A stretch of DNA of 25,365 nucleotides from an archaeon (GTDB lineage: Archaea > Iainarchaeota > Iainarchaeia > Iainarchaeales > CSSED10-239), in contig DAOPNM010000006.1 of NCBI GenBank assembly GCA_035357435.1, positions 1 through 25,365 of the forward strand. The letters are read 5' to 3'. The position numbers were made by a program, and so were the translations under genes. Below, piece by piece: positions 16,923 through 25,365 of the stretch (position 1 is its first letter; each line of letters starts with the position of its first letter). Under the pieces are notes generated by a model that did not search any database, was not told where the DNA came from, and worked only from the letters and a program-made list of their open reading frames with translations.

Positions 16923-18575
16923 ATGGCAACAATAGATACAAAATTAGAAAAAATAAAAACAAGCTTAAACAAACCAGAACTAACGTTAGAACAACTAGAA
17001 GAAATATTATTTGAATTTGGATTAGAGATAGACACATATAATCCAAAAACAGATGAAATAAAAATAGAAATAACTGCAGAAAGAACTGATCTTCTATCAT
17101 ACGAAGGACTTATTAGAGCATTAAAAGGATATATGGGAATTGAAAAATGCCCTACATATAAAGTAAACGAATCAGGACTAAAGGTAATTGTAAACCAAGA
17201 AGTTATAGACTACAACAAAACATATACACTAAGTGCAATAATAAAAGACATAACATTAGATCAAGAAAAATTAAAAGAAATAATTAATTTTCAAGAAAAA
17301 CTACATTTAACATATGGAAGAAAAAGAAAAGCCATTGCAATGGGGATATACCCATTAGACAAAATAAAATTTCCAATATACTTACTTTGTAAAAAACCAG
17401 AAGAAATTTCATTTATCCCATTAGGCGAAACAAACCAAATGACTGCAGATGAAATTTTAAAAAACCACCCTACAGGAAAAGAATATGCACACCTATTTGA
17501 AGACAAAAAAAAGTACACAATATTCAAAGATAGTGACAATCAAATATTATCTATGCCTCCAATCATAAATTCTGCAAACACTGGAAGAGTTACAGAAAAA
17601 ACAAAAGACCTATTTATTGAATGCACAGGAAATAATCTCTACAAAATGGAAAAAGCAATAAACATGATTGTAACAATGCTTGCAGATATTGGTGGAAAAA
17701 TCTATTCATTAGAAATATCATATCCAGAAAAAAAAATAATATCACCTACATTAACTCCTGAAAAAAAAATAGTTTCATTAAAATATATGAACAAACTATT
17801 GGGTACAAACATAGAAATAGACACAGCAATAAAAATATTAGAAAAAATGCTATATACGTGTAAAAAAATTGACAAAGACAAAATAGAAATATCAATACCA
17901 CCATTTAGAACAGATGTATTACATGACAATGACATTGCAGACGACTTGGGAAGAGGATTTGGATTTTCAAACATCCCATTAAGAACACCAAAAATTGTAA
18001 CTATTGGAGGGAAAGATGAAACATCAATAAAACAAGAAAACATCATTACAATTATGACAAACATGGGCTTTCAAGAAATAATGGGAATGAGTTTAGGATC
18101 AAAAAAAGAATGCTTTGAAAATTTTAATATAATTGGAACAGACTATATTGCACTTGGTGACACAAAAGAACAATCATTAAACATTATAACTAACTGGTTA
18201 ACACCAAAACTTCTAAAAACACTAATAAACAATCAACATAGAAAATTCCCACAAAAAATATTTTCATGTGACTACATTGTCAAAGCAAACCCTAAAAAAG
18301 ACGTAAGAAGTGACACAATACTACATACAGCAGGCATGATTGCAAACTACAAAACATCATTTTCTGAAATAGCATCCGTGCTGTTAACCTTATGTAATAC
18401 ATTGGGATTAAATTTAAAACTTGAAAAAGAAAATTATCCATACTATATTAAAGGGCGTGGTGCAAAAATAACAATAAATAACAAAGAATGTGGAAGTATT
18501 GGAGAGTTATCACCCTTAGTTTTAGAAAAAAACAGCTACCATAACCCTGTTTGTGTATTTGAAATTGAAATATAA
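16923..18575 (+). CDS. pheT: phenylalanine--tRNA ligase beta subunit (archaeal type)
   Basis: 550 aa. B3/4- and B5-domain patterns are present: AERTDLLSYEGLIRALKGY, MPPIINS and IPPFRTDVLHDNDIADDLGRGFGF. It lies 30 bp downstream of pheS. Confidence 0.9.
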   Translation: MATIDTKLEKIKTSLNKPELTLEQLEEILFEFGLEIDTYNPKTDEIKIEITAERTDLLSYEGLIRALKGYMGIEKCPTYKVNESGLKVIVNQEVIDYNKTYTLSAIIKDITLDQEKLKEIINFQEKLHLTYGRKRKAIAMGIYPLDKIKFPIYLLCKKPEEISFIPLGETNQMTADEILKNHPTGKEYAHLFEDKKKYTIFKDSDNQILSMPPIINSANTGRVTEKTKDLFIECTGNNLYKMEKAINMIVTMLADIGGKIYSLEISYPEKKIISPTLTPEKKIVSLKYMNKLLGTNIEIDTAIKILEKMLYTCKKIDKDKIEISIPPFRTDVLHDNDIADDLGRGFGFSNIPLRTPKIVTIGGKDETSIKQENIITIMTNMGFQEIMGMSLGSKKECFENFNIIGTDYIALGDTKEQSLNIITNWLTPKLLKTLINNQHRKFPQKIFSCDYIVKANPKKDVRSDTILHTAGMIANYKTSFSEIASVLLTLCNTLGLNLKLEKENYPYYIKGRGAKITINNKECGSIGELSPLVLEKNSYHNPVCVFEIEI

Positions 18576-18633
18576 AAACAAGATTTGTTGGACACTCTTT
18601 ATTAAACACCCTCAAAGAAACATTAAAAAAACA

Positions 18634-18936
18634 CTAATGCAAATATTCTGTCAAAAGCTTGCTTATTGATTGAGAAGTATGTAAATTAAAAATAACTTTT
18701 GCAAAATAATCTGCAAGAACAACAGAAACATACCAAGGATTTTCTTTTTCAAAATTTGGGTCTAAATTAACTACATCTGTACCTATAACTTTTTCAATTT
18801 TACCATGACTATACAACTCATTTATCCTTTCAATTGCAAGGCCATTAAACAAAGGAAGAGAACATGCAAAATAAAATTTTATTTGCAAAAGATTTACCTG
18901 ATTCACAAGCCATAACACAAATCCCTGTACCAACAC
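18634..18936 (-). pseudogene. prs: remnant of ribose-phosphate pyrophosphokinase (PRPP synthase): C-terminal part only
   Basis: 100-codon ORF with a GTG start and a stop codon immediately upstream in frame. The sequence FACSLPLFNGLAIERINELYSHGKIEKVIGTDV...YVSVVLADYFAKVI matches my recollection of the archaeal PRPP-synthase C-terminus (ACxHPxxxxxAxxxLYSxGxExVxGTD...VSVA). The roughly 190 N-terminal residues, including the PRPP-binding loop, are missing. Only 104 non-coding bp separate it from the rtcB stop. Confidence 0.5.
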
Positions 18937-19040
18937 TCATCCATTTTCACCATTTTTATTTATAATAAAATACAAACCATAATATATTATAAAAAACTTT
19001 TCATAAAAAACACAATACAATAACACCTCTTAAACAAATC

Positions 19041-20420
19041 TTAACCTGTTAAAACAATCAATGGTTTTAATTTTACAACAGGTTTTACAATACCTGCACA
19101 AACCATAGAATTAACAACATCCTCTGAAAATTTATAAGCATTAGGTTGCTCCTCCCGCATAGTGTTTATAGACTTCCCAGAAAGTAAAACATTCTCTTTA
19201 GCCATCCATTTTCTCAAACTATCAATAGACATATTTTGCTTTGCAGATGTACGCGACATTGCCCTGCCTGAACCATGAGCAACAGTAGACATTGTTTCTT
19301 TTTCTATATTTTTTGTAGGCACCAAAACATAACTAGGCCAAAGCATTGACCCTGGAAGAATAATTGGGGTACCTGTTTTTGAAAAAACAGAACCAGCAGG
19401 AAGATCATTAGCACAAACTGCATGGGTAGCCCCTTTTCTATGTACAACTAAATCTTGTTTATTATGCTTTTCTATAGAGGCAATGTTATGACACAAATCA
19501 TAAAGAAGTTCAAACTCAATGTCTTTGTGTCCAACATTTAATGTTTTTTTTATAATGTCAATTATTTTAAATGAAAGGACCGCCCTATTTACAAAAGCAT
19601 AATTGCCTGCAGCAAGCATAGAAAAATAATATTTTTGGCCTAACTCAGAATTAAATTCTTGATAGCTAATTGGTTTCTTATAAAAAAATGCATCATTAAA
19701 CTCTGTTGCAATTTGGTGCCCAAAACCACGTGAACCAGTATGTAACATTATACAAATCTGATTTTGTGACAACCCAAATTCTCTTGCAACAATTGGGTCA
19801 ATAACTTCTTGTATTTCTAAAATATCAATAAAATGATTGCCAATACCTAATGTCCCAACTTCAGTAATTCCACGTTTAATTGCCAAAGAAGATATAAAAT
19901 CAAATTTTGCATCTTTTAAAAAACCATTTTTCTCAATATATTTTTTATCCCTAGAATTACAAAAATTATTCGAAACACACCAATTTACACCAGTCAACAA
20001 AATATCATCAAATTGAGATTTAGATAATGAAATTCCATCCTGAGATAAACCTAGTGGCAATTTTTGTAAATTCTTTAAAAGAATAAATAATTGTTCTTTA
20101 GAAACATCTTTTTTATAAAGATTTGTTTTTATAAGTCTTATTCCACAGTTTATATCAAACCCTACTGCTTCACTACTTATAATACCATTAGACGTTGGAG
20201 AGCCAAATGCAGAACCAATTGGCACACCATACCCTACATGCATGTCAGGAAAACCAAGTATAGGATCTGCAATATTTGGAAGGTCTGCAATAGATAACAA
20301 TTGATTCAATGAATCTTTTTCAATACCATTAAAAAGAGAATTATTTGAAATAACTTTTATTAAATGATTATTTTTTGTTGTAGAATAAATACAATTAGAT
20401 TGGGCACTAAAATCAACCAT
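19041..20420 (-). CDS. rtcB: RNA-splicing ligase RtcB (3'-phosphate/5'-hydroxyl tRNA ligase)
   Basis: 459 aa carrying PDMHVGYGVPIGS, GFDINCGIR, GSRGFGHQ, HRKGAT, the nucleophile-containing CHNIA and HGSGR. Confidence 0.92.
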   Translation of the reverse strand: MVDFSAQSNCIYSTTKNNHLIKVISNNSLFNGIEKDSLNQLLSIADLPNIADPILGFPDMHVGYGVPIGSAFGSPTSNGIISSEAVGFDINCGIRLIKTNLYKKDVSKEQLFILLKNLQKLPLGLSQDGISLSKSQFDDILLTGVNWCVSNNFCNSRDKKYIEKNGFLKDAKFDFISSLAIKRGITEVGTLGIGNHFIDILEIQEVIDPIVAREFGLSQNQICIMLHTGSRGFGHQIATEFNDAFFYKKPISYQEFNSELGQKYYFSMLAAGNYAFVNRAVLSFKIIDIIKKTLNVGHKDIEFELLYDLCHNIASIEKHNKQDLVVHRKGATHAVCANDLPAGSVFSKTGTPIILPGSMLWPSYVLVPTKNIEKETMSTVAHGSGRAMSRTSAKQNMSIDSLRKWMAKENVLLSGKSINTMREEQPNAYKFSEDVVNSMVCAGIVKPVVKLKPLIVLTG

Positions 20421-20443
20421 AAACTATCAAATAAAAATATAAT

Positions 20444-20478
20444 AAAAAAAAATAAAAAGAGATTGTAAAAATAAAAAA
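20444..20478 (-). terminator. candidate oligo-T terminator after tuf-rps10
   Basis: On the minus strand a T6 run (20473-20478) directly follows the rps10 stop, and a T8 run lies at 20444-20451. Oligo-T tracts are the usual archaeal termination signal. The background is so AT-rich that specificity is low. Confidence 0.3.
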
Positions 20479-20787
20479 CTATTCCTTCAATTCAATTGAC
20501 ATCTGAATATCAGAAGGTACATCAACCTTTATAATTTTTCTAAGCATTTTATCATCTGCTTTAATATCAATTATTCTTTTATGTATTCTTAATTGATACT
20601 TTTGGTAGGTTTCTGTACCTCCTCCAGACACCCCTCTTCTTGTAGGAACAACTAATTTTTTTGTTTTAAGTGGAATTATTCCAGAATGCTTAACTCCATT
20701 CTTTTTTGCCACACTTAAAATTTCTTCACAAAATTGCTGTAACTTTTCATAATCTGTACTAGTTAGGATGAGTCTTGCCATTTGCAT
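20479..20787 (-). CDS. rps10: 30S ribosomal protein S10 (uS10)
   Basis: 102 aa (ARLILTSTDYEKLQQFCEEIL...PLKTKKLVVPTRRGVSGGGTETYQKYQLRIHKRIIDI). It lies 19 bp downstream of tuf, which is the conserved archaeal tuf-rps10 arrangement. Confidence 0.92.
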   Translation of the reverse strand: MQMARLILTSTDYEKLQQFCEEILSVAKKNGVKHSGIIPLKTKKLVVPTRRGVSGGGTETYQKYQLRIHKRIIDIKADDKMLRKIIKVDVPSDIQMSIELKE

Positions 20788-20806
20788 AATTATTGCCTTC
20801 TTTTAT

Positions 20807-22081
<1,275 letters not shown>

Positions 22082-22086
22082 TAAAT

Positions 22087-22095
22087 ATCACTCCT
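22087..22095 (-). promoter_or_regulatory. Shine-Dalgarno site of tuf
   Basis: Minus strand reads AGGAGTGAT with a 5-nt spacer to the ATG at 22081. It is complementary to the canonical 16S rRNA 3' end (GAUCACCUCCU). Confidence 0.6.
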
Positions 22096-22251
22096 TCTTT
22101 TTTTTTAATTTTTATAAATAATTTTAAATATAATACCTATATAATAATACACCATTCTATTTTTAAAGATTTAGTGTTTATGCATACAGACAAAACAATA
22201 AAAAGAAACAAATAAAAACAAAATAAGGCATATATACATAGAGGAAAAAAT

Positions 22252-23190
22252 ATGGCATTGCTAAAAATAATGAAACAAAAAAGTATAATTGAAAAAGAAC
22301 AAAACATTTGGAAACAAATAGAGATACTAAATAATAAAAAAAAAGAACTAATTGAACAAAAAAACAAACTAATAGAATCTAAAAACTATGAAGATGCAGA
22401 AAACATAAGTCAAGAAATAATAGATTTAGAAGCAAGAAAAAGTAATTTATATCTTGAACTAGAACAAATACAAAGGGAAAACAACAACACAGAAAAAAAA
22501 AGGAAATACAACGAATTTTATGAACTAATACGTGCAAATCAAAAACTAATATCTGAAAACAATCAATTAAAAAATATTATAGAAAAACAAAAAAAAGAAA
22601 TTGAAACAAAAGAAAATAAAAAAGAAAAATATTACAAAGCGGTTATTGAAAAAAACAAAGAAAAATTAAATGAATTTAACAACAAAACAATTACTGAAAT
22701 AAAAAACACAATAAACCCAGATGATTTAACAATAAAAAACATTGTAGAAAAATTTAAACCAATAGGATATGATTTCAATAAAGATTATTTAAACACACTA
22801 AAAACAATATATAATTTTTTAAAACAAGAAATCACAATAATTGACCCTGAATTAAAAATATTAATATATGACGATGCTACAACAATTATTAAAAACAAAA
22901 TTACAAACGACATAAGTGCAGCAATAATGCTTTGTAGCATAATGTGTGCACTGGGGGATGAAAACGCAATGGTGGAAGCAGTACTCTTGGAAAAAGAAGG
23001 CAACCATGCATTTGTAAAAACAAAATATAAAAACAAATATTACATATTTGATTTGAGCCAAGACAACTCTTTTGAAAAATACAATGACAAAAATATTGAA
23101 AATCTTTACCAAAACTATACATATGATAATAAAAAAATTGTAAAAAAAATATTTAATTTTAATCAAAACATTTATATGAACTATTTATAA
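22252..23190 (+). CDS. hypothetical coiled-coil protein with a C-terminal transglutaminase-like(?) domain
   Basis: 312 aa. Residues 1-150 are Lys/Glu/Asn-rich with heptad character. Residues 200-270 (IYDDATTIIKNKITNDISAAIMLCSIMCALGDENAMVEAVLLEKEGNHAFVKTKYKNKYYIFDLSQ) have the helix...H...D layout of transglutaminase-like cores. A GAGGA SD lies 6 nt upstream. Confidence 0.55.
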   Translation: MALLKIMKQKSIIEKEQNIWKQIEILNNKKKELIEQKNKLIESKNYEDAENISQEIIDLEARKSNLYLELEQIQRENNNTEKKRKYNEFYELIRANQKLISENNQLKNIIEKQKKEIETKENKKEKYYKAVIEKNKEKLNEFNNKTITEIKNTINPDDLTIKNIVEKFKPIGYDFNKDYLNTLKTIYNFLKQEITIIDPELKILIYDDATTIIKNKITNDISAAIMLCSIMCALGDENAMVEAVLLEKEGNHAFVKTKYKNKYYIFDLSQDNSFEKYNDKNIENLYQNYTYDNKKIVKKIFNFNQNIYMNYL

Positions 23191-23203
23191 AAAAAAGAAA
23201 AAT

Positions 23204-24301
23204 ATGGCTACAACAAATATAGAAGTAACAAGCACATGTATATATTACATTTCAAAAATATTAAATGAGGAACTATCACAAGGATACATCAATAACATAC
23301 AACAAATAAATGAAGAATATATAAAAATAAAAATACACAAACAACAAACAAAACAACTAATTATAATGCCTAACATCTGCTTTTTGTCAAATTACTCATT
23401 ACAAACACTGCCATTAACAGGGTTTATTAAATATTTAAGAAACACATTATATAACCAAAAAATAAAAGAAATAAAACAAGATAAAAATAACAGAGTAATT
23501 TATTTAAAATTAGATAAATATTATCTAATATTTGAACTATTCAGTAACTCAAATATCATATTAACAGACACAAACTATAAAATAATATCAAGCAAACAAA
23601 AAGAAACATGGAAAGATAGAACAATTAAAAAAAATGAGATCTATTTATTTCCAAATGGAGAAGACATTAAAGAAAAAAACATTCAAGAAATTTTAAACCA
23701 AACAAAAAAAACGATTGGAGATAAGCCCACAAAAAAACAAATAATTAGTTACTTCGTTAAAAATTACAACATATCCCCATATGAGTTAGAAAAAATAGAA
23801 TATACTGAAAATACACAATTAGAAGAATATATTGGAAACCTTAAAAAAATATTTGAATACAAAAACCCTAAGTTTATTATTGATGAATACAATGGGAAAA
23901 AAATAATTAGTGTAACCGAAAATCAAAAAGAAACATATGAAAATAACATATTTGAAGAAATAAATCAACTATTTCTAAAAGAATATATTAAAAAAAAAAT
24001 AGAAGGGAAAAATATAAAAAAACAAAAAATAGAAAACGTCTTAAAACAACAAATAGAAAGCAAACAAACGATAGAAAGAAAAATAGGTGAACTAGACAAA
24101 GAAGCACAAGAAATATATAACCATTTAACACTCATAGATGATATAAATAAACAAATACAAATTGCAACAAACAAAAAAATAGACAAAACAGAAATTATAA
24201 ACAAACTAAATAATTATTTTTTACAACAAAAAATTTGTGTTAAAATAAAAGACATAGATTTGAAAAATAAAACATACACATTAGTTGTAGAAAATAACTA
24301 A
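23204..24301 (+). CDS. NFACT-N domain protein (short Rqc2/RqcH/FbpA-family homologue lacking NFACT-R)
   Basis: 365 aa. The N-terminal 150 aa follow the NFACT-N pattern (IYYISKILNEEL..GYINNIQQINEEYIKIKI......LIIMPNICFLSN....P.TGFIKYLRNTLYNQKIKEIKQDKNNRVIYLKLDKYYLIFELFSNSNIILTD). Residues 250-330 are coiled coil. The ORF ends without any NFACT-R/DUF814-like region. Confidence 0.65.
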   Translation: MATTNIEVTSTCIYYISKILNEELSQGYINNIQQINEEYIKIKIHKQQTKQLIIMPNICFLSNYSLQTLPLTGFIKYLRNTLYNQKIKEIKQDKNNRVIYLKLDKYYLIFELFSNSNIILTDTNYKIISSKQKETWKDRTIKKNEIYLFPNGEDIKEKNIQEILNQTKKTIGDKPTKKQIISYFVKNYNISPYELEKIEYTENTQLEEYIGNLKKIFEYKNPKFIIDEYNGKKIISVTENQKETYENNIFEEINQLFLKEYIKKKIEGKNIKKQKIENVLKQQIESKQTIERKIGELDKEAQEIYNHLTLIDDINKQIQIATNKKIDKTEIINKLNNYFLQQKICVKIKDIDLKNKTYTLVVENN

Positions 24302-24424
24302 ATTAACAATAATATATTCAAAAAAACATAGTTAAAAATAAACAAAACTAAAAAAATAGAGAAATGAATAACCCATTCCTGAATTTACAAATCCACCTAT
24401 TGTAAAATAAGAGAAAAATAAAAA

Positions 24425-24688
24425 TTATTTTTTCTCTAATAATTGTGCTTCATCTACTATGAAAACATCACTTACAGCAAGTACACTTTTGTATGGTATT
24501 TCTAACATGTTCCCTTGTACTTGTAACTTTTGTATAAATGCAGATGATGGATCTACTTCTACAATAATGGATTCTATATCTCCAGTTGTTTCATTTACAT
24601 TCAAATCAATTAAACGACCTACATTATCTCCTTTGTTTGTTATTAATTTTTTTGTAGCTAATTGTCTTGCAATTACATATTTGTACAT
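24425..24688 (-). CDS. PRC-barrel domain protein
   Basis: 87 aa. The sequence ATKKLITNKGDNVGRLIDLNVNETTGDIESIIVEV...LEIPYKSVLAVSDVFIVD is the typical archaeal PRC-barrel pattern. An AGGAGAT SD lies 5 nt upstream. Confidence 0.75.
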   Translation of the reverse strand: MYKYVIARQLATKKLITNKGDNVGRLIDLNVNETTGDIESIIVEVDPSSAFIQKLQVQGNMLEIPYKSVLAVSDVFIVDEAQLLEKK

Positions 24689-24693
24689 ATCAT

Positions 24694-24700
24694 ATCTCCT
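24694..24700 (-). promoter_or_regulatory. Shine-Dalgarno site of the PRC-barrel gene
   Basis: Minus strand reads AGGAGAT with a 5-nt spacer to the ATG at 24688. Confidence 0.5.
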
Positions 24701-25052
24701 TTTTGTTTTTTTATTTTTTTTATTTTTTATAATTTAATGTTTATTAAATAAAATATACTATAAACTATTTTATATGTAAACAAATATATTTATATACATT
24801 TCTATTTTGAAAAGGAAAGTAAATATGTTATTTATTTAAGAAACCAACCTGTTAAAAACAACAATAGTTAAAAAAAACATTAACTTACAAAAATTAACTG
24901 CAAAAAAAGTAACAAACTAGCCTGTGCAAAACAATATAAAATAATGGAAAAAATAAACAGACTACTTCATTTAAATTAACTTTTAAAAGTTATTTCTAAT
25001 AGAATAATAATCATAATAATTACATTTTAAAAACAAACAAAAAACAAAAAAA

Positions 25053-25346
25053 TTACACAATAATTTTTCCGTCAACAATATGGAATCTTTTTTTTGAAAG
25101 AGTTTTAGTAGATTTTGAAATTCTATCTTTATAATTAATAATTCCTTTTTTATCATCAATTGCAACAACCTCTCCTAGAAACAAACCATATTTTGAAAAA
25201 ACAGGCAAACCAATTAAAAGAGAAGTTACTTTAGTTGTAACATCAAAAACACTTGTAACCTTATAAAGCAAAATTAACATAATTGTTGACAAAATAATTA
25301 AAGTGATAAAAAAATAAAAACTATTATTATAAATAATTATTTGCAA
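25053..25346 (-). CDS. hypothetical small protein, possibly a membrane-anchored PRC-barrel-like protein
   Basis: The sequence LIGLPVFSKYGLFLGEVVAIDDKKGIINY...FHIVDGKIIV resembles a PRC-barrel core. The 97-aa form starts at a TTG and adds a hydrophobic helix. An ATG at 25280 would give 75 aa. Confidence 0.4.
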   Translation of the reverse strand: MQIIIYNNSFYFFITLIILSTIMLILLYKVTSVFDVTTKVTSLLIGLPVFSKYGLFLGEVVAIDDKKGIINYKDRISKSTKTLSKKRFHIVDGKIIV

Positions 25347-25365
25347 AGATTAATCAATAAAAATA

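Noticed and set aside
17291-18064. Minus-strand ORFs 17291-17539 and 17702-18064
   Set aside because: They lie antisense within pheT and show no motifs.
20421-20478. rtcB as part of the tuf-rps10 operon
   Set aside because: The 58-bp spacer contains T6 and T8 runs plus TATA-like sequence, so termination and re-initiation are as likely as read-through. This cannot be decided from sequence alone.
22137-22367. 76-aa minus-strand ORF in the tuf upstream region
   Set aside because: It overlaps the SD and start of the 22252 plus-strand gene. The peptide is hydrophobic and low-complexity, and the region is better explained as a divergent promoter.

Overview
This is a strongly AT-rich, tightly packed archaeal chromosomal segment. 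Archaeal hallmarks read from the translations are aEF-1alpha plus uS10, a class-I CCA-adding enzyme, Dph2, a two-subunit archaeal-type PheRS, RtcB and an AMP phosphorylase. The compactness, the AT bias and a decayed PRPP-synthase gene suggest a small-genome, DPANN-like archaeon, which is inference only. I support 27 genes: 23 CDS, 1 likely pseudogene and 3 tRNA-Ser genes, plus a few translation and transcription signals. I saw no CRISPR array, transposase, integrase, reverse transcriptase or long DNA repeat. About two thirds of the window is housekeeping, with a marked concentration of tRNA-maturation genes. The parts I cannot assign to known biology are: (i) two tandem paralogous proteins (5923-8045) built from about 16 copies of a 14-residue helix-turn repeat. 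(ii) An 853-aa HerA/FtsK-type ATPase with an internally duplicated, winged-helix-containing C-terminal extension (3030-5591) and no NurA partner, followed closely by a 101-aa protein and a membrane-anchored surface protein. (iii) An NFACT-N-only Rqc2/RqcH homologue lying 13 bp downstream of a coiled-coil protein with a possibly inactivated transglutaminase-like domain (22252-24301). All family assignments come from motif recognition by eye. No searches or computations were run.
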